This document shows, piece after piece, positions 25,240 through 34,331 of a DNA stretch of 64,000 nucleotides. Where the stretch lies: positions 1 through 64,000 of the IMG/VR virus record IMGVR_UViG_3300028275_000480, one strand, 5' to 3'. Position 1 is the first letter of the stretch. Every line of letters begins with the position of its first letter. The translations under genes were made by a program, and so were the position numbers. The notes beneath the pieces are model-generated. The model was not told the DNA's origin. It did no database searches and saw nothing but the letters and a program-made list of their open reading frames with translations. The DNA is from a virus (lineage: Duplodnaviria; Heunggongvirae; Uroviricota; Caudoviricetes).

Positions 25240-25416
25240 TTAAAATAAAACTACGATAAACATCATTACCACTATTGCTAGCAGTGAAACAATTATACTA
25301 TAACCTAGAGTTTTTGTCAACGACCAACGTTCCTTTCCGGTCATGTTTCTCCAAGTTGTAATGGTAAAATGGATGACTGCTGCCAAAAAAGCAAATACCA
25401 ATACTAGTCTAATCAT
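25240..25416 (-). CDS. small 2-TM protein (58 aa)
   Basis: not in the track; ATGA overlap with 25413..25592. Confidence 0.3.
   Translation of the reverse strand: MIRLVLVFAFLAAVIHFTITTWRNMTGKERWSLTKTLGYSIIVSLLAIVVMMFIVVLF
25292..25320 (-). promoter_or_regulatory. sigma70 consensus promoter (TTGACA / 17 / TATAAT)
   Basis: perfect hexamers upstream of the SPFH gene. Confidence 0.55.
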
Positions 25417-25592
25417 TCTTCAACTCCGAAAATATAAGCAGCCATTTTCTTTTGAGTTGTTTCTTCGTCTTTCATAGCACACTCAAAACAAATTTGCTCA
25501 TCGTTTGGACCATAGGGACGACATTCGTCTATCTTTCCGCACATTTCACAAACGGTTGGCAGTTCTTCTGCAATAAATCCACGTCCACTCAT
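25413..25592 (-). CDS. small zinc-ribbon protein (59 aa, 4 Cys)
   Basis: not in the track; GGAGATGAT RBS; CEMCGK...CFEC. Confidence 0.35.
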   Translation of the reverse strand: MSGRGFIAEELPTVCEMCGKIDECRPYGPNDEQICFECAMKDEETTQKKMAAYIFGVEE

Positions 25593-25593
25593 A

Positions 25594-25824
25594 TCATCTC
25601 CTATTAAGTTCTGACCACATTAAAAATGCCTTGAATGCATTGTACACGGTTTCTGCTTCTTTATCATCCTGTGGCACTTTTACTCCACGAACATAAAATC
25701 CATCTTTAGCAACACGAAGCATTTCAGCACCGCCAGCATAGCATTGAATGGTATTATATGCGTTCTCGTTTACACTGATAGTAGTGTTTTCTATAGTGTA
25801 ATTTGGAATGTAGCTAATTGTCAT
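25594..25824 (-). CDS. hypothetical protein
   Basis: 76-aa ORF. Confidence 0.45.
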   Translation of the reverse strand: MTISYIPNYTIENTTISVNENAYNTIQCYAGGAEMLRVAKDGFYVRGVKVPQDDKEAETVYNAFKAFLMWSELNRR

Positions 25825-26492
25825 TTGTAATGTTTCTTACGATGAAAAATACTTCTATAAGTATTTGAAAAAGAAAATTCTAAGAAACTTTTTTGAGGTT
25901 GTTTAAGCTCAACACTCATATTCCAATCTTCTCTTTTAAAAGGAATAACCTGCATTAACGGAGTACCTGATTTGATAGTATAGCACTCATGTTTACCTGT
26001 TAGATATCCCGGAAATTGAACTGGAATATCAAATGTATCTGTATCAACAATAGCAGGCAACAATTTGAAGTTTTCTTCAAAATGGTAAAATGGTTGTATA
26101 AACAAACAGCTATAGCCCGGAGGCGTCCGAACAAGCCATTCGTTTACAATTTTAATATAGTTTTTCTTTTTCCCGTCAATGTGAACAGGACATTGTTTGT
26201 GCGGATGACTGCTTACGTGTTCTCTAGATGGTGTTCGAACTTTGTAATCTTCAATCCCTTCGATCATATTAGGATATAATTCTATATCAAAACTATTGAA
26301 TAAAATATACCCAGAGGTAATCATATCCTGCAAAGGAACACATTGTTTTGCACTAGGCACATCAAGTTTCCCCCAACGATCTAAAATGTCAACAGGCAGG
26401 TCTTTATACCATTGTGGTATAACTTTATTTGCCGGCTGCGGAGAAAAATGTTCTACAACGGCAGGATCGGTGCAGTAAAATTTTATGTCCAT
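25821..26492 (-). CDS. hypothetical protein (His-rich, possibly cupin/oxygenase-like)
   Basis: 223-aa ORF. Confidence 0.5.
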   Translation of the reverse strand: MDIKFYCTDPAVVEHFSPQPANKVIPQWYKDLPVDILDRWGKLDVPSAKQCVPLQDMITSGYILFNSFDIELYPNMIEGIEDYKVRTPSREHVSSHPHKQCPVHIDGKKKNYIKIVNEWLVRTPPGYSCLFIQPFYHFEENFKLLPAIVDTDTFDIPVQFPGYLTGKHECYTIKSGTPLMQVIPFKREDWNMSVELKQPQKSFLEFSFSNTYRSIFHRKKHYK

Positions 26493-26731
26493 TAATCTTT
26501 CTTTTTAAGTTGATCTAATACTTGTTGTTTGGCTCTACGTTCTAGATCTGCTTCGTTGGCTTCTTTGATCTTCCACGACATCAAGTCCATAAACTCAACG
26601 ACTGCCACTTTACCGTCCTCGGTTAAATGGCTGTAGGCAGCACCCACACTGGAGTGATAGTAGTAGTTTCTGTTGTTTAAGATCTCTTCCAAACCACCAT
26701 AGATTAGATCTTTAATAGCACCTTTTTGCAT
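26492..26731 (-). CDS. hypothetical protein
   Basis: start MQKGAIK 1 nt after the ligase stop, with AAGGTGA RBS; the longer track ORF overlaps the ligase. Confidence 0.45.
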   Translation of the reverse strand: MQKGAIKDLIYGGLEEILNNRNYYYHSSVGAAYSHLTEDGKVAVVEFMDLMSWKIKEANEADLERRAKQQVLDQLKKKD

Positions 26732-26732
26732 C

Positions 26733-28055
26733 TTAGAGTTTTTCACCTTTTGTAAATCCACGGAACCGGAGGAATCGTGGAAAACGTAGCGACCACGTAT
26801 CTTCGCTATCCTGGCTCCGAGTCGCTGCATCTGCACGGACTTCCACGACCTGCCCAATGAGCGTATCCTTAGCTTCCCAGAATTCTGCTCTTTGTTCGTC
26901 TGTAAAACCCGAACCACAATTGACCACAATCCTTTTACCATCATCTACACCTTCACAAACAATAGCACCTAACTTGCCTACATTACGTCCTGTTCCTTCT
27001 TCTACTGACGTAACTGATAGACTAACTTCAATAAACGGTTTCATCTTAAGCCAAGAGGTACTACGTTTACATTCATATTTGGCATCAGGATCTTTGATCA
27101 TTACGCCTTCATAGCCTGCCTCGACCATTTCTTTCATGTAGTCTTTGAAATCAATTTCGTCTGTGAACACATCAAGATTGAATTCTCGTTGAGGCACAAT
27201 GGTTATAAAACCCGAATCATTAAAGATGTTTTCCCAATTTTTTAGGAAAGCACTACGACGACGTTGACCTAATGTACTCTTGCCTTGTTTGAATTCCACT
27301 AATGGTACAATATCAAACAAATTGAGAACAGCATCAGACGCATTTACATTGTCTTTACGATGAACTTGTTTCATTAAATCTTGAAACGAATTGCTCATAA
27401 TTTCGCCGTCTAATACATATGAACGACCAAACTCGTCAATATAATTTTGCAGATAATCGGTAATGTGTTTAAAGTTTTCAAGGACTTTACCATTACGTGT
27501 ATATTGTGTCACGGTGCGTTGTTCATAATCAATTACCGTTAAACAACGAACACCATCTAACTTACGCTCTACAATTTTCTTACCTGTAAGTTTGCTTTCG
27601 TGATTAGCACTATCGTGGCTAAGCTGGCATTCAAATACTGGCACAGCATATTCTAATTTCTTTTGTTTCTTTGCTACAGAGTTAACGGTCTTTTCGCTAA
27701 CACCACAGCGCAGATCTTTAATAAGAATACGACGATAAAAATCATTCCATTGATCTTTGGTTGCCACATCCATAGCCAATTGGATAGCATCACGTGCGGC
27801 ATGACCGGTGAGCTCACGACGATATAAACTCTCTGCCAGTTGTTTAAAGTTATCCCAACTTAGTCCCTGTCCATCTTTGTCTGATGTAGGGACCTGTTTA
27901 ACACCAAATGTATAAAGATTGTCTAACGCCATTTTTACGCCTTCGAAGAACTCATCTAAGCCTTCGGTCATAGCATCAGCAATAACAGCTTCTTTAGCTA
28001 GACGGCTATTGTCTGCTTCAAGACGCTGAATAATAACTTGTGGTTGTGTTCGCAT
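26733..28055 (-). CDS. ATP-dependent DNA ligase
   Basis: motif I KLDGVRC; C-terminal LRFPRF; 440 aa. Confidence 0.85.
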   Translation of the reverse strand: MRTQPQVIIQRLEADNSRLAKEAVIADAMTEGLDEFFEGVKMALDNLYTFGVKQVPTSDKDGQGLSWDNFKQLAESLYRRELTGHAARDAIQLAMDVATKDQWNDFYRRILIKDLRCGVSEKTVNSVAKKQKKLEYAVPVFECQLSHDSANHESKLTGKKIVERKLDGVRCLTVIDYEQRTVTQYTRNGKVLENFKHITDYLQNYIDEFGRSYVLDGEIMSNSFQDLMKQVHRKDNVNASDAVLNLFDIVPLVEFKQGKSTLGQRRRSAFLKNWENIFNDSGFITIVPQREFNLDVFTDEIDFKDYMKEMVEAGYEGVMIKDPDAKYECKRSTSWLKMKPFIEVSLSVTSVEEGTGRNVGKLGAIVCEGVDDGKRIVVNCGSGFTDEQRAEFWEAKDTLIGQVVEVRADAATRSQDSEDTWSLRFPRFLRFRGFTKGEKL

Positions 28056-28063
28056 ATAAGTCC

Positions 28064-28417
28064 TTAAACAATTACAGGTTTGTGGTTGGGGTGATAGTCC
28101 GAGTAGATTTTGGCATAGTGATTAACACGAATCCAATTAACTAAACTTTGTGGATCAGCAATCATCCAATCTTCTACATCTTTAAATTCTATATCATCTT
28201 CTGTGGTGAACACATAGATTTCATAACAACGTTGCGAATTGAAACGAGCACGAAGAGTCATGTGTCCGATTTGTTGTGCCAACGGATTTGTTCGGAGTTC
28301 GTTGCCTTTGAGCACTTCGATGATTTGGTTTTTTTCCCAAATGTCCGGATGCTTAGAAGTAATGTCTTCTAAACATTCGAATCCTTCGCGATCCCAAGAT
28401 GCTAATATATAACGCAT
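28064..28417 (-). CDS. hypothetical protein
   Basis: start MRYIL 1 nt after the stop of the small upstream ORF. Confidence 0.45.
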   Translation of the reverse strand: MRYILASWDREGFECLEDITSKHPDIWEKNQIIEVLKGNELRTNPLAQQIGHMTLRARFNSQRCYEIYVFTTEDDIEFKDVEDWMIADPQSLVNWIRVNHYAKIYSDYHPNHKPVIV

Positions 28418-28418
28418 T

Positions 28419-28595
28419 TTAAACTTTCTTGTTGATCCAGTTTGGGTCCCACATATCTTCATTTGTGAGGTCTGGGTAATACAATTCAGGCGATACAGGT
28501 AACTTTGTTATTATAACTTCGGGCGGAGGTTCTGTCAACTCATTATAAGCATTGTTGCCCCAAGCCAAAACCCATAACATTAAAAGTGTATCCAT
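28419..28595 (-). CDS. small secreted protein (58 aa, signal peptide)
   Basis: not in the track; GGAGATAT RBS; promoter 28628..28656. Confidence 0.35.
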   Translation of the reverse strand: MDTLLMLWVLAWGNNAYNELTEPPPEVIITKLPVSPELYYPDLTNEDMWDPNWINKKV

Positions 28596-28627
28596 ATATC
28601 TCCCTATACGAAGTTTACTATGTTACT

Positions 28628-28656
28628 AGTATAACACAGGAAAATACAGATGTCAA
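28628..28656 (-). promoter_or_regulatory. sigma70-like promoter (TTGACA / 17 / TATACT)
   Basis: consensus hexamers. Confidence 0.55.
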
Positions 28657-28657
28657 C

Positions 28658-29248
28658 CTAAAATGTTCTATGGAATGTGTGAGGATTTGGGCTAATGTTT
28701 ATACTCATAACGATCCGATCATCGTTTGAGTTGTTTTTTTGAGTTTTATGTAGCATCCAACCTGGGAACATTAATACATCTCCCGTTTGGACTTCAACTT
28801 CTTTCCAAGGAAGCTCAACTCTAAGACTTCCGCTCCAAATATGAAACATTGGATCAAAAATTTCTAAGTTTCCACCGTTGGCAGGTTGTTCAACATATAA
28901 AACGCAGACCAACGGAACACTACCGTGAGTGTGTTCGTCAGTCCATCCGTTAAAAGGATGAAGGTTAACCCAACTAGAGCTTATTGATAAGTCACATTTT
29001 GGAAGTTGCCATTCAGCCCAAACTTTTTCTATCATTGGTCCCGCCCAAACAAGAAAATCGTTTGATTCTTCCCAGTAGTGAGGCGCATCGGGATCGGAGG
29101 AAGAACTTATCCCTCCGTCCCGTTCTACTCTGTTATTAAGTTGTGATCCAGTTTTGAGTTTATGAGAAGCTCGTTTAACCAACTCACTTAGGTCACCAGA
29201 ATAATGGCCTTTCCATACAACCGCTGGAGATAGACTGATCGGAGTCAT
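28658..29248 (-). CDS. 2OG-Fe(II) oxygenase-like protein (TIGR02466-like paralog 4)
   Basis: TDEHTHGSVPLVCVLYV...H motif. Confidence 0.55.
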   Translation of the reverse strand: MTPISLSPAVVWKGHYSGDLSELVKRASHKLKTGSQLNNRVERDGGISSSSDPDAPHYWEESNDFLVWAGPMIEKVWAEWQLPKCDLSISSSWVNLHPFNGWTDEHTHGSVPLVCVLYVEQPANGGNLEIFDPMFHIWSGSLRVELPWKEVEVQTGDVLMFPGWMLHKTQKNNSNDDRIVMSINISPNPHTFHRTF

Positions 29249-29784
29249 TCAACACCCAAATAAGATGCCCAGCTTGGATGATGTAAGTGAAAACCTTTTA
29301 GTTTTCTCTTTTCAACTAGATCCCAAAAGTGGGGTTTGTATGGAGACAATTTTGGTTTCATCTTACCTACATGAGCAGCCTTTTTATAGTTGCAAGGCTT
29401 ACATGCAGTTGTAGAGTTTTCCCAAGTGGTCTTACCTCCTTTTGACACAGGATGTACATGGTCCAAAGTAGCAGTTTGATCTGTTACTTCTGTACCGCAG
29501 TATTGGCAAGTATATTGGTCTCGCAAGAATACATTACGCTTAGATAAGCGCATTGTGTTCTTAGGCTTTTGATATTCCTTGAGCATTAGTACAGCAGGAA
29601 CTTTAGTTTCCCAACGAGCTGAATGAACAATCCAGTCGTCATACCACTCAAGGACTTCGGCCTTGTCCAAAACCATATAGCGAATGGCTTCCTGCCAATC
29701 TACACAAGATAGCGGAAGTAGGCTAATTGGTTGCATGTCTGCATTTAATAGTAGGGTACTCATTTTTTTACTTTTGGTTAACAA
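29245..29784 (-). CDS. HNH endonuclease
   Basis: CQYCG...LDHVHPVSKGG...WEN...CKPCN HNH motif. Confidence 0.75.
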   Translation of the reverse strand: MLTKSKKMSTLLLNADMQPISLLPLSCVDWQEAIRYMVLDKAEVLEWYDDWIVHSARWETKVPAVLMLKEYQKPKNTMRLSKRNVFLRDQYTCQYCGTEVTDQTATLDHVHPVSKGGKTTWENSTTACKPCNYKKAAHVGKMKPKLSPYKPHFWDLVEKRKLKGFHLHHPSWASYLGVE

Positions 29785-29859
29785 AGTGTATTTAACGCCG
29801 AGAATGTATTATATGCTCAGATTACTAAAAAATCAAGTCATTGACAAATAAATTAATAT

Positions 29860-30795
29860 ATGAGCAAATTAATGATCACTGGAGCAAATGGGTTTCTTGG
29901 ACGCAATGCTACCCCATTCTTAAAACAAATGTTTGACGAAACGGTATTGATTGATAAACCTCCGTTCTTATGGGACCAAAGTGTTCGAGAAGGGTGGTCG
30001 CACAATAATCAAATACATTATTGCGATATAACAGAAGATATTCCAGTTTTAAAAGAACATCTTAAAGAAGTTGATGTTGTTGTTCATATGGCCAATCGAT
30101 CTAGGATTGATCCTAGTTGGAATGAGTACGCTGAATACTATAATGTAAACATAACAGCAACACATAAATTTTTTAGTTTATGCCAAACTATGGGTGTAAG
30201 GAAATTTGTTTATATAAGTTCTAGCTCAGTGTATGGAAACAACGGTACAATCAAACAACGAGAAGATAGCCAATTGATGCCAACCAATCCTTATGCTGTG
30301 AGCAAGATGTCTGCAGAATGGGCACTTCACGTGCAGAGTCTTGTTGGGGATACAGAATTAATAATAATAAGACCTTTTACCATGTACGGAGACTTTATGG
30401 ACTTTGGCAAAAACGCATTAGTGATTCCAAAGTTTATTTCTGCCTGGGAAACCAATCAACCGTTGTTGTTACACGGCGGTGGTGATCAACGCAGAGACTT
30501 TGTTCATGTTAGTGATGTTATCAAAGGTCTTATGATTGTTCTAGAGTACGGTGAACACGGAGACGTATTCAATTTAGGATCAGGCCAATCTGTAAGTATC
30601 AAACAATTGGCAGACATTATTAGTCATAGACAAATAGTTGTTCCGCCACGTGTTGGAGCAGTAGCAAATACAGAAGCAGATATTACAAGATTAGCCGAAC
30701 TGGGTTATAAACCAAATGTAAAGGTATTACGATGGTTGACGGACCTAATGGAAGAGCTTAAACTAAAAAATATTTCTAACATTAAGGAAGCATAA
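29860..30795 (+). CDS. NAD-dependent sugar-nucleotide epimerase/dehydratase
   Basis: Rossmann motif ITGANGFLG; YxxxK; 311 aa. Confidence 0.8.
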   Translation: MSKLMITGANGFLGRNATPFLKQMFDETVLIDKPPFLWDQSVREGWSHNNQIHYCDITEDIPVLKEHLKEVDVVVHMANRSRIDPSWNEYAEYYNVNITATHKFFSLCQTMGVRKFVYISSSSVYGNNGTIKQREDSQLMPTNPYAVSKMSAEWALHVQSLVGDTELIIIRPFTMYGDFMDFGKNALVIPKFISAWETNQPLLLHGGGDQRRDFVHVSDVIKGLMIVLEYGEHGDVFNLGSGQSVSIKQLADIISHRQIVVPPRVGAVANTEADITRLAELGYKPNVKVLRWLTDLMEELKLKNISNIKEA

Positions 30796-31383
30796 ATGAG
30801 TTTAGTACCAATGGTAGTTGAGTCTACATCAAAAGGCGAACGTGCATACGATATCTATAGCAGATTACTTAAAGAGCGTATTGTCATGTTAACAGGTGAA
30901 GTTGAAGACCACATGGCAAATATTGTAGTTGCACAACTATTATTTTTAGAAAGCGAAAATCCAGATAAAGAAATTAGTCTGTTTATTAATAGCCCAGGTG
31001 GTGTTGTTACAGCAGGCATGAGCATTTATGACACAATGCAGTTTATTAAATGCCCTGTGGCTACCTACGTTATGGGACAGGCTTGTTCAATGGGAAGTTT
31101 GTTAGCACAAGCAGGAGCAGAAGGTAAACGTTATATGTTGCCAAACGCTCGTCACATGATTCATCAACCCAGCGGCGGCGCCCGTGGTCAAGCTACAGAT
31201 ATTCAAATTCAAGCAGAAGAGATTTTAAAAATGAAAAAGAATCTTACTGAGATTTATGTTAAGCATAATTCAAAAGGTAAGACCTACGAAGAGTTTGCTC
31301 GCGACATGGAACGTGATAAGTTTATGTCAGCGCAAGAAGCTCTTGAATATGGACTCGTTGACAAAATCATCGAGAAACGATAA
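30796..31383 (+). CDS. clpP: ATP-dependent Clp protease proteolytic subunit
   Basis: full-length similarity, catalytic Ser in GQACSMGS and His in HQP. Confidence 0.85.
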   Translation: MSLVPMVVESTSKGERAYDIYSRLLKERIVMLTGEVEDHMANIVVAQLLFLESENPDKEISLFINSPGGVVTAGMSIYDTMQFIKCPVATYVMGQACSMGSLLAQAGAEGKRYMLPNARHMIHQPSGGARGQATDIQIQAEEILKMKKNLTEIYVKHNSKGKTYEEFARDMERDKFMSAQEALEYGLVDKIIEKR

Positions 31384-31784
31384 TGACAAGACAAGAAGGT
31401 AAAGTAGATAAAGGATGGGGTTGCGAAATTATTTGGGCAACCAACGACAAGTACTGCGGTAAGATTATGGTCTTTGAAAAAGCAGGTGCTAAGTTTAGTA
31501 TGCACTTTCATAAAGAAAAAGACGAAACATGGTTTGTAAACGCAGGAAAATTTAAATTGGTTTGGTGCGACACAAAAACAGCAACCTATCACGAAAAATT
31601 CTTAAATGAAGGTGATACTTGGCATAACCCTCCTATGATGCCTCATCAACTTATTGCTCTTGTACCAAACTCAATGATATTTGAAGTTAGTACAGCAGAT
31701 AGTGTAGAGGATAACTATCGAATCATTCCCGGAGACAGCCAAAGTGCAACAACAGAACAACCAGCCACAGAACAACCAGCCTAA
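31383..31784 (+). CDS. cupin-domain protein (possible sugar isomerase/epimerase)
   Basis: conserved His/Glu cupin motifs; C-terminal TEQPA repeat. Confidence 0.5.
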   Translation: MTRQEGKVDKGWGCEIIWATNDKYCGKIMVFEKAGAKFSMHFHKEKDETWFVNAGKFKLVWCDTKTATYHEKFLNEGDTWHNPPMMPHQLIALVPNSMIFEVSTADSVEDNYRIIPGDSQSATTEQPATEQPA

Positions 31785-32367
31785 GATTACCTGGACTGGT
31801 GGCGAGTTTAGAACAAAGTGTGTAATAGGCTTAGATCGTGACGGAGTTATTAATCGCGATCTAGGTACCTATTGTTATCGTGTTGAAGATTTTGATCCAA
31901 TTCCTGGCAGCGTTGATGCAGTTGCTGAACTTAGACGTAAAGGTTATAAGATTGTAATCATTACAGATCAAGGGGGAATTGAAAAGGGTATCTATACACA
32001 AGAACAAGTAGATACATTGCACACACATATGCTAGATTTGTTTGGCAAGGCAGGATGTTCTAGTATCGATGCAATATATTATTCTGCTAGCTCACGTAAA
32101 GATGATCCGTTTGCAAAACCAAATACTGGAATGTTTAAGAGATGTGAAAAAGAAATTCCAGATATTAAATTTAATCAAGGTTATTATGTAGGCGATAAGA
32201 TTAAAGATCTTAAAGCAGCAGTTAAGATGGGTTCAAAACCTGTGTTAGTTAGAACAGGTTATGGCCTTGAAACAGAAAAAGAATTAAACAAATTCACTTA
32301 CAGAGAATTAAAGCGTCGAACTATTATATTTGACGATCTTGCAAGTTTTGTTAACTCGTTACCATGA
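31744..32367 (+). CDS. gmhB: HAD-IIIA phosphatase, D,D-heptose 1,7-bisphosphate phosphatase-like
   Basis: GLDRDGVIN DxD motif; GTG start is uncertain and overlaps the cupin gene's 3' end. Confidence 0.65.
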   Translation: MQQQNNQPQNNQPKITWTGGEFRTKCVIGLDRDGVINRDLGTYCYRVEDFDPIPGSVDAVAELRRKGYKIVIITDQGGIEKGIYTQEQVDTLHTHMLDLFGKAGCSSIDAIYYSASSRKDDPFAKPNTGMFKRCEKEIPDIKFNQGYYVGDKIKDLKAAVKMGSKPVLVRTGYGLETEKELNKFTYRELKRRTIIFDDLASFVNSLP

Positions 32368-32762
32368 AACAAATAATAGTCAATGGAACTTTTGATATAT
32401 TGCATAGAGGACACATAGAATTATTAAACTATGCAAAGTCTGTTGGCGATCGTTTGCTAGTTTGTATTGACAGCGATGCTCGTGTAAATTTTCTTAAAGG
32501 GCCGGGCCGCCCTATTAACGATCAATGGGATCGTATGCTTATGTTACAGAATTTAAAATCTGTAGATGATGTTAAGATTTTCAATACTGAAGAAGAACTT
32601 ATCTCAATAATTAAAAGCATTAGGCCTGTAACTATGGTAAAAGGCAGTGACTACCGCAATAGATCGATTGTGGGAGAAGAATACTGCAATGAAATATTAT
32701 TTTATGAACGAACAAATCACTCAACTTCCAAAACAATACAGGATATTATTGATAGGGGATAA
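32364..32762 (+). CDS. cytidylyltransferase-fold nucleotidyltransferase (RfaE/HldE domain II-like)
   Basis: GTFDILHRGH HxGH motif. Confidence 0.7.
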   Translation: MKQIIVNGTFDILHRGHIELLNYAKSVGDRLLVCIDSDARVNFLKGPGRPINDQWDRMLMLQNLKSVDDVKIFNTEEELISIIKSIRPVTMVKGSDYRNRSIVGEEYCNEILFYERTNHSTSKTIQDIIDRG

Positions 32763-33465
32763 AGGTACAGACATTTACACATACGGAAGTGTGAATAGGA
32801 TTAGTCCTGAAGCTCCAATACCTGTGTTCAATCCACATGGACATACTTACAAAGCGGGTATGGCCGACAACGTTAGAGAAAATTTAGAAGCACTTGGGTG
32901 CAATGTAAATTTCCTCTACGGGGAAACTAGCGAAAAAGAAAGACTTATCGATCGACGCAGTAAACAACAGATAGTTCGAATTGATAGAGATAAGAAAAGT
33001 GATCCTATTAGGTTTGATACTCCTATTCCTAATTTTTATGATGCAATAGTAATCAGCGATTATAACAAAGGAACCATTACCTACGAACTTGTTGAAGAAA
33101 TTAGAAAAGAATACAAAGGACCTATTTTCATTGACACTAAAAAAACAGACCTTGTTAGGTTCGAAGGCTGTTATGTAAAAATAAATGAATTAGAAAAAAG
33201 CAAGGCTATTACATTACCAAACAGCAAATGGTTAATTGTTACTCTTGGCGAAGATGGGGTTCAATATTTGGATAATAAACTAACCCCTAAAAAAGTTCCA
33301 TTGGTTGATGTAACAGGAGCAGGCGATACTTTCTTAGCTGCATTGACCTACAAATTTTTAGAAACAGAAAATATGATGCAAGCATTAGAGTTTGCCAACA
33401 ATGCATCATCAATTACGGTACAGCACGTTGGATGTTATGCACCAACATTAGAGGAAATACTATGA
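32689..33465 (+). CDS. PfkB-family sugar kinase (RfaE/HldE domain I-like heptose kinase)
   Basis: ILLIGDKGTD...SPEAPIPV; GAGDTF motif; start uncertain (32647 to 32704). Confidence 0.7.
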   Translation: MKYYFMNEQITQLPKQYRILLIGDKGTDIYTYGSVNRISPEAPIPVFNPHGHTYKAGMADNVRENLEALGCNVNFLYGETSEKERLIDRRSKQQIVRIDRDKKSDPIRFDTPIPNFYDAIVISDYNKGTITYELVEEIRKEYKGPIFIDTKKTDLVRFEGCYVKINELEKSKAITLPNSKWLIVTLGEDGVQYLDNKLTPKKVPLVDVTGAGDTFLAALTYKFLETENMMQALEFANNASSITVQHVGCYAPTLEEIL

Positions 33466-34331
33466 TTATACTCACAGGAGCAGCAGGCTTTATTGGAAGT
33501 TATATTTTAGGTTATCTTAATAAACAAGGAATCGAAGATGTTTACCTCTTTGATGATATGCCTTATGGAGATCAATATAAAAATTTAATTGGCAAAAAAT
33601 ATAAAGGACTATACTCTACTAAAGAAATTATAGACAATCTATCTGCGTTCGATTGTGTTATCCATTGCGGAGCAAATGCAAGTACACTAGAAAGAGATTG
33701 GTCTAGCATCTACGAATCCAATATTGTTAGTACAAGAAGATGGCACGACCTTTGTAAGCATTACGGAAAAAAGTTTATATTCATGTCAAGCGCAGCAGTA
33801 TACGGCAACGGAAACGGTCCTGTTAACCACTATGCTTTTAGTAAACTTACCTGCGAACAAGAAATAACTAATGGTGTAATACTTCGATTATTCAACGTCT
33901 ACGGACCAAATGAATATCACAAAGGTCGTATGGCTAGTACGCCCTTTCATTGGTACCGTCAATTAGAAAACAATTTAATTTTAAAAATATTCAACAACTC
34001 AGAAAATTATCTAAGAGATTTTATATATGTCGAAGATGTGGCTAAAACCGTACATCATTTTATTAACAATTATAAAGAAGGTCTCTACGACCTTGGTACT
34101 GGTAATGCTGTAAGTTTTGATCGAGTTGCAGATCTTTGCTTACAAGAGATTGGATATGGCACAAAAATATCTATTGACATGCCAAATGATCTTAAAGAAC
34201 AATATCAAGAATACACCTGTGCATCAGTCCAGTTTTTAGAGGATGCTGGTGTTGATGTTAAAGGATTCTTTAATATAGATCAAGGTATTAAAGAATATTT
34301 TAATTACTTAAAGACTAATCAAATTTATTAA
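33462..34331 (+). CDS. hldD: ADP-L-glycero-D-manno-heptose-6-epimerase-like NAD-dependent epimerase
   Basis: [13 protein letters not shown] and YAFSK motifs; ATGA overlap with the kinase. Confidence 0.7.
   Translation: MIILTGAAGFIGSYILGYLNKQGIEDVYLFDDMPYGDQYKNLIGKKYKGLYSTKEIIDNLSAFDCVIHCGANASTLERDWSSIYESNIVSTRRWHDLCKHYGKKFIFMSSAAVYGNGNGPVNHYAFSKLTCEQEITNGVILRLFNVYGPNEYHKGRMASTPFHWYRQLENNLILKIFNNSENYLRDFIYVEDVAKTVHHFINNYKEGLYDLGTGNAVSFDRVADLCLQEIGYGTKISIDMPNDLKEQYQEYTCASVQFLEDAGVDVKGFFNIDQGIKEYFNYLKTNQIY

Noticed and set aside
26492-26944. A 150-aa minus-strand ORF overlapping the 3' third of the DNA ligase gene
   Set aside because: The ligase C-terminus (LRFPRF...) is conserved to its own stop at 26733. 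Only the portion downstream of that stop (26492..26731, which has its own RBS) is retained.
29838-29875. TTGACA hexamer upstream of the epimerase gene as a plus-strand sigma70 promoter
   Set aside because: No acceptable -10 lies 16-18 nt downstream, since TATATG is 11-12 nt away, so it is not called as a promoter.
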